Assembly: GCA_951406725.2 (NCBI GenBank) | Contig: OX597821.1 | Span: 89,342,001 to 89,406,000 of the forward strand | Source of the DNA: Octopus vulgaris | Taxonomy: Eukaryota | Reading direction: 5' to 3' | Length of the DNA stretch: 64,000 nucleotides | In this document: positions 51,880 through 64,000 of the stretch, one piece after another | Layout: each line of letters begins with the position of its first letter | How positions within the stretch are numbered: position 1 is the first letter of the stretch | Program-made: the position numbers and the translations under genes | The notes under the pieces: generated by a model | Told to the model about the DNA's origin: nothing | The model's input: the letters and a program-made list of their open reading frames with translations, nothing else | The model's database searches: none

Positions 51880-52660
51880 ATGAGGTTGTTAATGTTCTGT
51901 TTAAATCATTGCCTGTCAACACCTCAACATAAAACACGAGCAAGGAGAAATTTCCCAGGGATCAATATTCTTACTCTATTTTTCTCTTTTACTCTTTTAC
52001 TTGTTTCAGTCATTTGACTGTGGCCATGCTGGAACACCACCTTTAGTCTATCGGTCTCTTTTTTGCCGAACCGCTAAGTGACGGGTACATAAACACACCA
52101 ACATCGGTTGTCAAGCAATGCTAGGGGGACAAACACAGACACGCAAACACACACACACATATATATATACATATATACGACAGGCTTCTTTCAGTTTCCA
52201 TCTACCAAATCCACTCACAAGGCTTTGGTCGGCCCGAGGCTATAGCAGAAGACACTTGCCTAAGGTGCCACGCAGTGGGACTGAACCCGGAACCATGTGG
52301 TTGGTTAGCAAGCTACTTACCACACAGCCACTCCTGGAGAGGAAGAACTTGACATAATGGTTAGTCTGGAGACCAGGGTTATTGGACATTACAAGGCTGA
52401 CGGGAGGTGGAGTAACAAGTGTGATGTCATGCTTGAATGGTGGAAGTTCAAGACCAACCAGTCCTGAGGAACAGAGGTCATTATGCTAGGGGTAGAAAAG
52501 AGTGAGAAGACAGCATGCGTGTGGGCCAGAAGCCGTATTTTTCTATAAGTAGTTTGAATAGCAATAAGTTGAGTGGCTCTTCTCTGGATGCAGTTTAGGG
52601 TGTCTGCATGTGTAACAGCAGACCGATCAGGATAGAGAAGCAGTACACCATTGTGAATCT
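51880..52660 (-). mobile_element. Decayed CR1/Jockey-like LINE 3' region split by a SINE
   Basis: Minus strand YCFSI..SAVTHADTLNCIQRRATQLI...LAHTHAVFSL...NHYVKFFL. Confidence 0.5.
51982..52335 (-). mobile_element. SINE family A with internal deletion
   Basis: Lacks about 50 bp between CCTTTAGTC and TATCGGTCTC. Confidence 0.9.
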
Positions 52661-53647
52661 CTCTTGAGCCCTTTTAGAATTTCAATAGTTTCCTGGTATT
52701 AAAGAACAATCTTGTTACATTGTTTTACACTGGCTCTGCTGGGAATTATGTTAAGGGGTTCATATGTAAAACACTCAACTTCTTACACATTAATTTAATG
52801 AGTAGGGAGTACAGGTGATTAAATAATTGAATACTCTCTGTTGAAACTGACCGAGTATCCATTACAATGTCTGTAGTTAGCCAACATCTCACCAGTCAGA
52901 TATGATTGTAGCCATAACAATGATAATAGACATTAAATACCATCACATCACTGTCCCATAGAAAACAAATCAATTCTAGGTATTGATTATGTAGTGAAAT
53001 GGATCTTAGTTGAAATTTCCAACAGAGAGCTAATTTAATATGCATAGTTGTTCAGTTAACTGAACAACTATGCATATTAAATTAGCATATAAATGGCTGA
53101 GTATTCCTCAGCTTTGTGTACTCCAAAATACATTTCTCATGCAGAACCAATACATTACATGTGATGTTCAAGCTCAGCGTTTGAATTACCGCTACAATCT
53201 ATGTGACAGGTTTCCATATATTTTCTGTCCACATAACTTCACGCACACAAAAGAAGGGACAACTTAAGGCTATAGTAAAAGACACTTGTTCCATAATACC
53301 ACATTGTAGAATCGAACTTTGAACTTCAAGGTTAGGAACAACTGCTTAACCATTCAGCCACAGTGCATCCATCTCTACCAATTATCTGATGAAATTCATG
53401 AATTTAGATTACTATGTACGCAGTGGGGAAAAGACACTGGACATTTTTAAGACTGACTATTCATCTGAAAGAGAAAAAAGAATTTTGCCCTCACTCAGAT
53501 GAACAACCAATTCCAAATCTTCCATTTCCTCTGCTTCCTATAGAACATAATACCAGCCACCACCTGTTTCAACAAGACACAAGAGAAATGAATGTTACAC
53601 ATTGTTTTCCTGAATTTAGAGAAGTTAGAGGCGAATATTCTCCCTGG

Positions 53648-53972
53648 ATAATAATAATAATAATAAAAATAATAATAATAATAATTGTGTACAGTGCTCA
53701 GGTGCACTACAACTCATCTAAAGTGTATATATAATCAGGTGTAGTTTCGGCGGATTTCGGAAAGCATGAGGGCCTTAAAGGATGCAGTGTCATGGCAGTC
53801 AACAACTGACGCAGGCAGTTTGTTCCATGCTTCAGCAACTCTGGGCGTGAAAAAATGTTTCCGAAAGTCCTGGGAGCTGTGTTGTTTTCTGACTTTGTAG
53901 GCATGTCCACGTGTGTTAGACACATGGAGATCAAAAAGGTGTTCAGTGTTGTTGTTGGTGAGGTGGTTGATA
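53648..53972 (-). mobile_element. CR1-like LINE 3' end with (TTA)n tail
   Basis: NTRGHAYKVRKQHSSQDFRKHFFTPRVAEAWNKLPASVV...FK, the classic CR1 C-terminus. Confidence 0.85.
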
Positions 53973-54224
53973 AGAAGTTAGACAGTTGCTGATTTTCATT
54001 ATGGTTTGAGTTTTATCATTCTACAAAGCAACAGTGAACTTCAAGCAATGCAGAATAGAATATTCTGTACAGAAAGAAAAAAAAAAACCCTATAGTGGAT
54101 TTGAAATTAAATGAGCTTGTTATAGTTTAGTTCTGTGTCACCTCTAAATAAGTAGACATGTTAAATGGGCCTCAAACACCTTCATCATCACCTCTGTTTA
54201 TATATCAACATATCCGGTGGCACA

Positions 54225-54647
54225 TGATCTGTTGTGCTTGAGGAGACCTATAGAGTCAAGTACATAAATATCGAAATAAATATCAAATGGAAATTGTAGT
54301 TGTGATACCTGTGCCAGTGGCATGTAAAAAGCACCATCCAAACGTGGCCAATGCCAGCACCACCTTGACTGGCTTCTGTGCCGGTAGCATGTAAAAAGTA
54401 CCAACCGATTGTGGATGCTACCAGCCTCCCCTGGCACCTGTGCCGGTGGCACGTAAAAAGCACCCACTACACTCATGGAGTGGTTGGCGTTAGGAAGGGC
54501 ATCCAGCTGTAGAAACACTGCCAGATCAGATTGGAGACTGGTGCAGCCTCCTGGCTTCCCAGGCCCTGGTCAAACCATCCAACCCGTGCTAGCACGGAAA
54601 ACAGACATTAAACGATGATGATGATGATGATGATGATGATGAGGATG

Positions 54648-54694
<47 letters not shown>

Positions 54695-54695
54695 A
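54225..54695 (+). mobile_element. Family C retroposon with long (GAT)n tail
   Basis: Tandem units, core and tail. Confidence 0.85.
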
Positions 54696-55094
54696 TCGAA
54701 AATTATTATCTCATATAGATTTAATTGAGGTTGGTGACAGGAAGGACATCCTGCCATAGAAAAACCCTGTCCCAAATTACTCATGTCTGACTCATGCAAA
54801 CATGGAAAAGTAGATGTTAAAACGATAATGATGATGAGGAGGATGAAAAGAAAGTGGATCAATACAATATGTATGGTATATTTCTATATTTAAGTTGTTA
54901 GAGAGTAATTTGAGGAAAGAAATGGCAACTACTTTCAGCAGATCAAATGATCTTACTAAAACTTCCTCAATTGGCTCATTCAGGAATATGTTGTCCATGC
55001 ACTATTTTGATTCAAACAGTCCAATATCTACATAGAAGTTTTAGTCCAATGTAAACCTCTCAACAGTGTGGATTTCAAATAAATTTCCTTTTTT

Positions 55095-55473
55095 CACTCC
55101 GTCGGTTACGACGATGAGGGTTCCGGTTGATCCGAATCAATGGAACAGCCTGCTCGTAAAATTAACGTGTAAGTGGCTGAGCACTCCACAGACACGTGTA
55201 CCCTTAACGTACTTCTCGGGGATATTCAGCGTGACACAGAGAGTGACAAGGCCAGCCCTTTGAAATACAGATACAACAGAAACAGGAAGTAAGAGTGAGA
55301 GAAAGTTGTGGCGAAAGAGTACAGCAGGGATCACCACCATCCCCTGCCGGAGCCTCGTGGAGCTTTAGGTGTTTTTGCTCAATAAACACTCACAACGCCC
55401 GGTCTGGGAATCGAAACCGTGATCCTATGACCGCGAGTTCGCTGCCCTAACCACTGGGCCATTGCGCCTCCAC
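55095..55473 (-). mobile_element. SINE family D, body type 1
   Basis: Reverse complement of 61293-61667; TSD TTCAAATAAAT at 55074-55084 and 55476-55486. Confidence 0.9.
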
Positions 55474-55941
55474 AGTTCAAATAAATAGGAGAGAGAGCAC
55501 TGCCAAAATTAATCAGATTTGGATTTGTTTTGAAAATAGAACACGCTTTAAAGAGATAATCGAGTAAAAAAGGTCCAACTCTTCTATTATTCTCTTCCCT
55601 GTATTTTAGTCACAATGATGTCCTTCAATAGGGTGACATGGAAATCAAAGTTTATTCAGATCAACGAGGAAATTTGGACCAATTAATGACCCTAATTTCT
55701 CAAAAATCTGTTCAAGTGTGAAATATGTTAGAAGCTGTCATGATTAGTTTCATCAAGCGATGTATAAAATCTATGGAATTAAATGCTTGACTAACAATAA
55801 CATTATACTATTGACTGTTGTTACATACCCATCCATTATTGCCAACAAAATGTTTTGAATTTCATTAAATTTATATACGTTTCTGTGCCTGTGTGTGCAC
55901 ATACACGTATTATACATACATACATAGATACATACATACAT

Positions 55942-56011
<70 letters not shown>

Positions 56012-56022
56012 GTATGTATATA

Positions 56023-56053
<31 letters not shown>

Positions 56054-56202
56054 GCATACATATATGTCTTTTATATATATATAAATGTATATGTGTGTGT
56101 GTGTTTTTGTGTGTATGTGCGCATTTATATATATATGTGTATACACACACACACATACGTACATATATATATATATTTATATATATATATATTTATATAG
56201 AG

Positions 56203-56258
<56 letters not shown>

Positions 56259-56629
56259 GGATGGATGGATGGATATATACATACATACATACATACATAC
56301 ATACAATCATATATACATATGTATATAGATTGTATGTTGAGAGAGAGAAGAGAGAAACACAGGGAGAGACAGAGAGAAAGAGCAATAGTTGGTGATAGCT
56401 GTATAAACAGAAAGATAGAAAAGATATGTGTTTGCATGCACGTGTCTGTGTGCATGTGATGGTGTGTGAGAATCTTTATATCCAACACTAATAACAAATA
56501 GAAGCACTCAATACAAACAGTGAGCTCTACTTTATGACAAGATCAGCGTAACACATAAAACATAAACACACAAAGCTTAGCTGTCACTTGCAAGCAAGTA
56601 TGACCAGAGAAGACCGCTTGACCTTCCCA

Positions 56630-56742
56630 CACCTGCCATCGCAGTAGTTCGGTATGGCACTGTAATCCCTAAGTGAACTCAGGAGGAGCTAATGGACAGG
56701 AAGTCAAGAAAGTTCCTAACGTTGCATGGAGCGCATCATCCA
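56630..56742 (+). mobile_element. R4/Dong-like LINE internal fragment next to (TAA)n
   Basis: AIAVVRYGTVIPK*TQEELMDRKSRKFLTLHGAHHP resembles the post-RT motif WTxxELxxxDRKTRKLLTMxGxxHP. Confidence 0.65.
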
Positions 56743-56755
56743 TATAATAATAATA

Positions 56756-56795
<40 letters not shown>

Positions 56796-57250
56796 ATCAC
56801 CATGTCGCGCACATATGGTTGTGATGCATGTGCCTGGTGTACCTTTATCAGATGGGTAGTCATGATGGGTATATTGGGCTTCGTATATTTTACCCCAGTG
56901 TCACTTTGATGGCATGAACTGCTCTCTCACTCAATGATAATAATATTAATAATGATAATAATAATCCAAAAATTAAACATATTTGATGATCCACACCATT
57001 GTCCTAATGTCCACTTTCCCATGCTTTACATGGGTTGGTCAATGTGTAGCAAGGTAGGTTTACGATGGCTGGAGACCCATCATTTTTTACCAACTCTCAC
57101 CTTTTTCCAAGCAATGTAATGTTGCCTCGTGGTCAGACAGGTTTTAAAGAACACTGGAAGTGAATGACAATCATTTACAGCAACCATGCAATATCATGAC
57201 AAGGAGAGGCAAGCATTAATTTTCACCTCCCTTACTTTCTCCCACACACA

Positions 57251-57321
<71 letters not shown>

Positions 57322-57526
57322 ATATCTATCTATATATATATATGTGTGTGTGTATATCTATCTATCTATCTATTTATATCTATATATATATATATATGAT
57401 GATGATGATGATGATGATATATATATATATTTTTTCAACAATATTAAGGAATGGCCCTGATAGGCCATTCAACTCACCAGAAAGAGCAGCCATACTCAGC
57501 CATATATATATATATATATATCTGTA

Positions 57527-57562
<36 letters not shown>

Positions 57563-58687
57563 CATACAACACAAATATATATACATATACATTAATGACT
57601 TTATATTGTTGGTGGTGTTTGGTTGCCTTCCAGCAATTCCCGTTACCATTATTCAGTCATTCGCTTATTCTCTTATTCAATCAACTCCCTGAAAAGAACC
57701 ACCTTTTACTTTTTATTTCTTCCAAATATTGTTTTGCAGAAAACAACAAGAACAAGAACAAGAACAACAACAACAATAACTACAACAGCATATCAGTATC
57801 CAGGAGGCATAAACTGGTACACCAGTTTGCTTAATTAGTATATTATAGCTATTTTACTTATGAGAGAGAAATATCACTCTATATATATTTATATATATAT
57901 TTATATATATATATGTATTTATATATATATATGTATTTATATATATATATATATATATATGCATATATATGTATATATATGTATAGTGATATATATATAT
58001 ATATAGTGATATATATATATATATATATATCTGTGTGTGTGAATTTGTATGTGAGCATATGTATGTATGTATATATTTATATAGGATTTCCTCTTATTTA
58101 CTTATACTAATCGTTTGTTTTTCTGCAAAACAACCCATACCACTCCTGAATGTCCTTAACTCCTCTCCTTCTCAACAAAAGATATGTACACTCTCTCACA
58201 CACACATACACATGTCTATACATATGTAGGTTTATATTTGTACATATATATATTTATATAAAATGTGCATGTATATATATATTTATATATACATATACAT
58301 CATATAAATATATATATTATATAAATATATGCATATATATATACACATATATACACACACACACACACACGCACACACACACACACACCACATGTATGAA
58401 TAGTTGTTCTCCTGTGTCTTCATATAATTAGTGTCTTACATTTGTAATTGAAATCATGTCTTTCTGTTGATGTGCACAAAAACACACCTACAATTTCCAA
58501 CAATACACACTCATTCACATGTACACACCCCATACAGAGACACAAAAACCCATGCACACACACACACACACACACACATACATGCATATTTACTCAACCA
58601 CACATCCATCCACATAATTTCAATGATTATGGTAAATTTATACCATGATATGAAACAATAACTGCTTTTGTGTTTTGTGTCTGTGTG

Positions 58688-58724
<37 letters not shown>

Positions 58725-58761
58725 GTATATATTTATATATATGTATATATATACATATATG

Positions 58762-58882
<121 letters not shown>

Positions 58883-59112
58883 TAGTGTGTGTGTGTGTTT
58901 ATATTATATGTTTCTTGTCCTTTATTTTAGTATATCTTTGTTTTATTTTTCTTTTGTTTACCTTTTATATTTCTCACATCTATTTTGCTATTAATTAGAC
59001 CTACCATTTCAATAGAACGAGGGAAACATCTGTATTGTCAACTCTGTGTGTTTTCTCACCCTACTTCTCAACTTCCTTCTCCATTCAACACTTTACCTTG
59101 TCATCACCATCG

Positions 59113-59143
<31 letters not shown>

Positions 59144-59539
59144 TCTCATCATAACCATTCCCACTGCCACCATGCCACCATCCTTCCATCATCATAATCA
59201 TCATAATATAACATCTCGATCAGTTTCACAATTATAACATAGCTTTATGTTTATATATTTCTGTTATACTAGAGTGCAACGGAGACATGATATTAACAAT
59301 TCTTACTGATTTTGGCAAAATGACAGCAATTTGAGTGGAGGATGCAAGTCAATTACACCGACCCTAGTATCTGACTGGTACATTATTTTATTGACCCAGA
59401 AGGCTAATAGGTAAATTTGACTTGACATGAACTCAGAAAGCATACAGTGCTAGAAGAAATACTGCTGAGTGTATAATCCAATGTGCTGGTCATTGGTCAG
59501 TTCCCGAGGAGCTTCTTGATAGCATCTGATCACAAGATT

Positions 59540-59779
59540 GAGCTTTTGATGGATGGTGTCTGCAAAGGACTAAATTCTGCAGACAATGTATGAGTGCTTG
59601 GCTGTTCAACCATTTCAAGCAAAGCCTCATCTTCTACAACACAGATTTCACCAATTTTGGTTTGTCTCAGAGGCTGGTATTTCTTTTGCCTCTGCTCTTG
59701 CCCACTGTCCTTTTTTCCACAGATAACTTAATATAGCTCTAATAGCAAATTTTTTGCACCACTCATTATTAAAGTTGTG
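59540..59779 (-). mobile_element. Possible old mariner-like relic
   Basis: Minus strand AIRAILSYLWKK...VVEDEALLEMVEQ resembles a mariner N-terminus; no TIR seen. Confidence 0.35.
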
Positions 59780-60071
59780 TGGCCTAGTGGTTAGAGCAGT
59801 GGACTCACAGTCAAGGGATCATAGGTTCGAATCTCAGACCGGGCAATGTGTGTATTTATGAGTGAAACACCTAAGCTCCACACAGCTCTGGCCGAAGGTA
59901 ATGGCGAACTTCTGTTGACTCTTTCGCCACAACTTTCTCTCACTCTTTCCTCCTGCATCTTGCAGCTTACCTGTGACAGACTGGCATCCCATCCAGGCGG
60001 GGAACCTATACACCAAGGAAATTGGGAAACCGGCCCTATGAGCCAGGCGTGAGTCGAGAAGGAACAAATAA
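59780..60071 (+). mobile_element. SINE family D, body type 2
   Basis: 16-bp TSD CATTAT(T/C)AAAGTTGTG at 59764-59779 and 60072-60087; body GACTGGCATCCCATCCAGG. Confidence 0.9.
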
Positions 60072-60579
60072 CATTATCAAAGTTGTGAAATAAATAATAA
60101 ATGATTATAGTTTATATGTTATGCATGAAAATAAGAAAAAGCAATTCAGTAACGACTGGACAAAAAGTTGTATCAAATTAATGATATAACCTGGGGATAC
60201 AAGCTGCCAGAAATGATTAGTGAATATCTGAAAACACTTTTGACTCAACCTGATAAGTGTGACATAATATAACTAACAGATTACTCTTCAGAACACTTCA
60301 TGGTAGGTTAAAACATCAATTCTACAGCAGATAGCAAGCAGTCTCATTACATATCACAGACAAGAAATATATTCAGTTTTTATTGATAGCCATGTTCTTG
60401 GTGAGGAGCTTTATGTGAGCACTCAGATATTTAGTTTAAAAGATAAGTACTGGGGTTGTAAACCCTTCAAGGTGGTACCCCAGCAAGGCTGCAGTCCAAT
60501 GACTGAAACAAGTAAAAGATGATAAATGAAAATTGAAGATAATTGTTGTGTCAGAAACCAAGGGATATACTCAGTACTT

Positions 60580-60802
60580 ATTTCTTTACAACCCACAAGG
60601 GGCTAAACACAGAGGGGACAAACAAGGACAGACAAACGGATTAAGTTGATTACATCGACCACCAGTGCATAACTGGTACTTAATTTATTGACCCCAAAAG
60701 GATGAAAGGCAAAGTTGACCTTGGCGGAATTTGAACTCAGAACGCAATGGCAGACGAAATACGGATACACATTTTGTCCAGCATGCTAACGTTTCTGCCA
60801 GT
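60580..60802 (-). mobile_element. SINE family B monomer
   Basis: Reverse complement of 10333-10565. Confidence 0.85.
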
Positions 60803-61292
60803 ACTGTTCTAAAGGAATGTGTTCAATGAAATGGTTTATTTTTTACTTTGTTTTTTTTTTTATTTGTTCCCAAAGCTGCCATATCTGAGACAGGGTAGCA
60901 TTCTGGAGCCATCATTGTGATGTACTTTACTTGAAAGGAAAACAAAACATTAGTGTTATGTGATTCAGACTTATGCTTCTCTGATCTGAATTCCATTACT
61001 TTTAACCTCATAATACTGAATACATACATTTTGTTTTCTAATAATTCAAATTTGGTGGATGGTATTTTATTTTACGAATCACAGGAAGTTGTATGGTAAC
61101 ATCAACATCTGCAAAAACTGAACTGAGGAGCACCCTATTATAAAAGGATTGAGGGTATATAATGATAGCAGAGAATTATATAAGCTGGTTGAGTGGTGTT
61201 TAGATCACAGTTTTGGTAAAGGGGTGGCTAATGACTGAATTTTATAGACTAGCATGCAAAACACTACCTCCTAGTTTGCTATATTCTTTTAT

Positions 61293-61667
61293 GGAGGCGC
61301 AATGGCCCAGTGGTTAGGGCAGTGGACTTGCGGTCGTAGGATCGCGGTTTCGATTCCCAGACCAGGCGTTGTGAGTGTTTATTGAGCGAAAACACCTAAA
61401 GCTCCATGAGGCTCCGGCAGGGATGGTCGTGATCCCTGCTGTACTCTTTCACCACAACTTTCTCTCACTCTTACTTCCTGTTTCTGTTGTACCTGTATTT
61501 CAAAGGGCCGGCCTTGTCACTCTCTGTGTCATGCTGAATATCCCCGAGAACTACGTTAAGGGTACACGTGTCTGTGGAGTGCTCAGCCACTTTACACGTT
61601 AATTTCACGAGCAGTCTGTTCCGTTTGATCGGATCAACGGAGCAACCGACGGAGTGCCTCCATCCAT
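61293..61667 (+). mobile_element. SINE family D, body type 1
   Basis: A box TGGCCCAGTGG, B box GTTTCGATTCC; flanking repeat ATATTCTTTTA on both sides. Confidence 0.9.
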
Positions 61668-62003
61668 CATATTCTTTTACATGGGTACAGTTATGGGTGT
61701 GTGATTAAGAAGGTTGTTTTCCAACTACATGGTTTCAGGTTCAGATTTTCTGCATGAAACATTTCGCAGGTGTCTTCTACTATAACTTCAAGCTGATCAA
61801 AACCTTATGAGTGGATTTGGTAGGTGGAAACTGAACGAAGCCTCATGCATATATATAGGTATGTGCATGTGTGTGTATGTGCCACCCTATTTTAACAGCG
61901 CATGATTGTTGGAAATGAGTAACACTGTCAAACAAGCAGAGGCCTTCTTTCTCAGTATTCTGCAAAATCATGTCTGGACAAAGGTAAATATTACCTTGCT
62001 TAA

Positions 62004-62224
62004 CCCTTTCATTACTGTATTTATTTTGAGATTCTCTGTTTTTCTCTCAATTATTTTAGATATAACAAAGAATTTAGTAAAATAACTCAGTTATCATTAA
62101 TCTAGTGTTAGGAAGATTAATTGTGACTAAGGTTTGGTGAAAAATTTTAATTCAAAGCTTATGAAAACAAGACATTTGTACTACAAAGCCAGAGCCGGCT
62201 TCAGCCGGGTTAGTAACGAAAGGG
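62004..62224. mobile_element. TTAA-type (piggyBac-like) MITE
   Basis: TTAA at 62000-62003 and 62225-62228; TIR CCCTTTCATTACT / AGTAACGAAAGGG (12 of 13 match). Confidence 0.9.
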
Positions 62225-62378
62225 TTAAAAAGAAAAAAAATGAAGGTTGGTGACAAGAAAGTCATCCCGCTTTCAGAAAAAAAAGTCTCAATAAATTCAG
62301 TCCTACTCGGGCAAGCATGGAAAAATGGATGCTAAAATGATGATGATGATGATGATGTTGATATACTGGAATCAATTA

Positions 62379-62978
62379 GGCAGCGAGCTGGCAGAAATGT
62401 TAGCACGCCGGGTGAAATGCGTAGCCGTATTTCGTCTGCCGTTACGTTCTGAGTTCAAATTCTGCCGAGGTTGACTGTGCCTTTCATCCTTTCGGGGTCG
62501 ATAAATTAAGTACCAGTTACGCACTGGGGAAGATATAATCTACTTAATCCATTTGTCTGTCCTTGTTTGTCCTCTCTGTGTTTAGCCCCTTTTGGGTAGT
62601 AAAGAAATAGGTATTTCGTCTGCCGTTACGTTCTGAGTTCAAATTCTGCCTAGGTCGACTTTGCCTTTCATCCTTTTGGGGTCGATAAATTAAGTACCAG
62701 TTATGCACTGGGAGTTGATGTAATTGACTTAATCTGTTTGTCTGTCCTTGTTTGTCCTCTCTGTGTTTAGCCCCCTGTGGGTAGTAAAGAAATAGGTATT
62801 TCGTCTGCCGTTACGTTCTGAGTTCAAATTCCGTCGAGGTCGACTTTGCCTTTCATCCTTTCGGGGGTCGATAAATTAAGTACCAGTTACGCACTGGGGT
62901 CGATATAATCGACTTAATCCGTTTGTCTGTCCTTGTTTGTCCTCTCTGTGTTTAGCCCCTTGCGGGTAGTAAAGAAAT
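62379..62978 (+). mobile_element. SINE family B trimer (head plus three bodies)
   Basis: 18-bp TSD ATATACTGGAATCAATTA at 62361-62378 and 62979-62996; ~184-bp body three times. Confidence 0.92.
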
Positions 62979-63882
62979 ATATACTGGAATCAATTATTAC
63001 CACAATACAGTTTTATTTGTCTGTGCTGGTAAAATAAAGCAACAGTTAACCATTGGAATCAGTTCATTTGATGATGTCATCGCCATAAAATATGTGGCCT
63101 TGCATTAATAAGAAATGTAATAATATTCTTGGTAGCTTTGTAAATTTAGAAAAATTCTCGAGATGTTCAGTTTTCTTGTTGTCTAGTAGCATGAAAGGGC
63201 AGCAAGGCCTATCAGAAAGTGGGAACTGTATGACTGGGGATGGGGTATTTGGTATTGTGATGCTCATTAAGATAAGTAGGGTAATTTGAGTAGTGATATA
63301 TAAGTAAAGGCTGCGACTGGTGGTTGTGGTGGTGGTGGTAGTGGTGGTGGTGGCATTGGTGGTCTTTTGTGGTTGTTGTGATAGAATGATGTTTAATGAT
63401 ATTTTTAATCATTTCATTTGGTTTTCTTCACATTCCTGCTGATATAGAGGCTTTCAACATCAGCTATATAGATAAGGGCTGGTCTATTTGGCGCCTTCTA
63501 TTGTGTTACATATCAGAGTATCATGTTCAAAGATTATGTTGTAAACATGTCTGGAATACAGAGTTTAACTGTATATGGTAAAACTCTGAGAAATCACTGA
63601 AAGACAATCTCACATAAACACGCACATGTATATAAAGAGAGTGAGAGAGATAGCGAGAGAGAACTATATAGATATATAACAGATATACAGATATACAGAT
63701 ATAATTGAATTATTTCAGGGAATACTATACGTGTTAATTCACTTAAGTGATGTGCTCTCACACATACTTATTTCTAAATATTTTCACACATAAACGAACA
63801 TGAAAGATGCACATACGCAGTTGCACATACATATTTATATATGTATATTTAAAAAATATTTATAAGCTAAATACTATTGCTT

Positions 63883-63993
63883 ATGTATGCATGTATGTAT
63901 GTATGTATGTATGTATGTATGTATGTATGTATGTATGTATGCATGCATGTATGTATGTATGTATGTATGTATGTATGTGTGTATGTATGTATG
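63883..63993. repeat. (ATGT)n microsatellite
   Basis: Tetranucleotide run. Confidence 0.9.
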
Positions 63994-64000
63994 CATTATG

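Noticed and set aside
61293-61370. tRNA-like sequence (also heads at 36640, 38733, 46718, 55400, 59780)
   Set aside because: A and B boxes present, but I could not fold a full cloverleaf; each continues into a SINE body, mostly with a TSD

Overview
AT-rich, repeat-saturated animal genomic DNA (intronic or intergenic). I recall the dominant SINE families as typical of Octopus genomes; that assignment is from memory, not from a search. I find no intact host protein-coding gene. Nearly all ORFs in the track are translations of microsatellites or SINEs. The window contains: four abundant short interspersed families (called A-D here); decayed LINE pieces of CR1-like, RTE-like and R4/Dong-like type; a Penelope-like (PLE) GIY-YIG fragment; a mariner relic carrying two nested Helitrons; a third Helitron; a deleted Tc1 element with perfect 44-bp TIRs; three TTAA-type MITEs; a 15-bp minisatellite; and a 2.6-kb SINE-derived higher-order array. 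The most interesting signal is a set of type I hammerhead-ribozyme motifs: intact core at 43447-43492 and 30172-30251, minimal forms at 31206-31240 and 46414-46451, decayed forms at 47138-47176 and 36155-36193. They lie in short PLE-type terminal repeats next to (TA)n tracts, often with fold-back ends, and their helices co-vary between copies. Also notable are a SINE/LINE shared 3' tail, one SINE head joined to four different bodies, multimeric SINEs under a single target-site duplication, and a minisatellite that arose from five codons of an RTE ORF. Coordinates were counted by eye; interspersed-repeat boundaries are approximate to about 10 bp.
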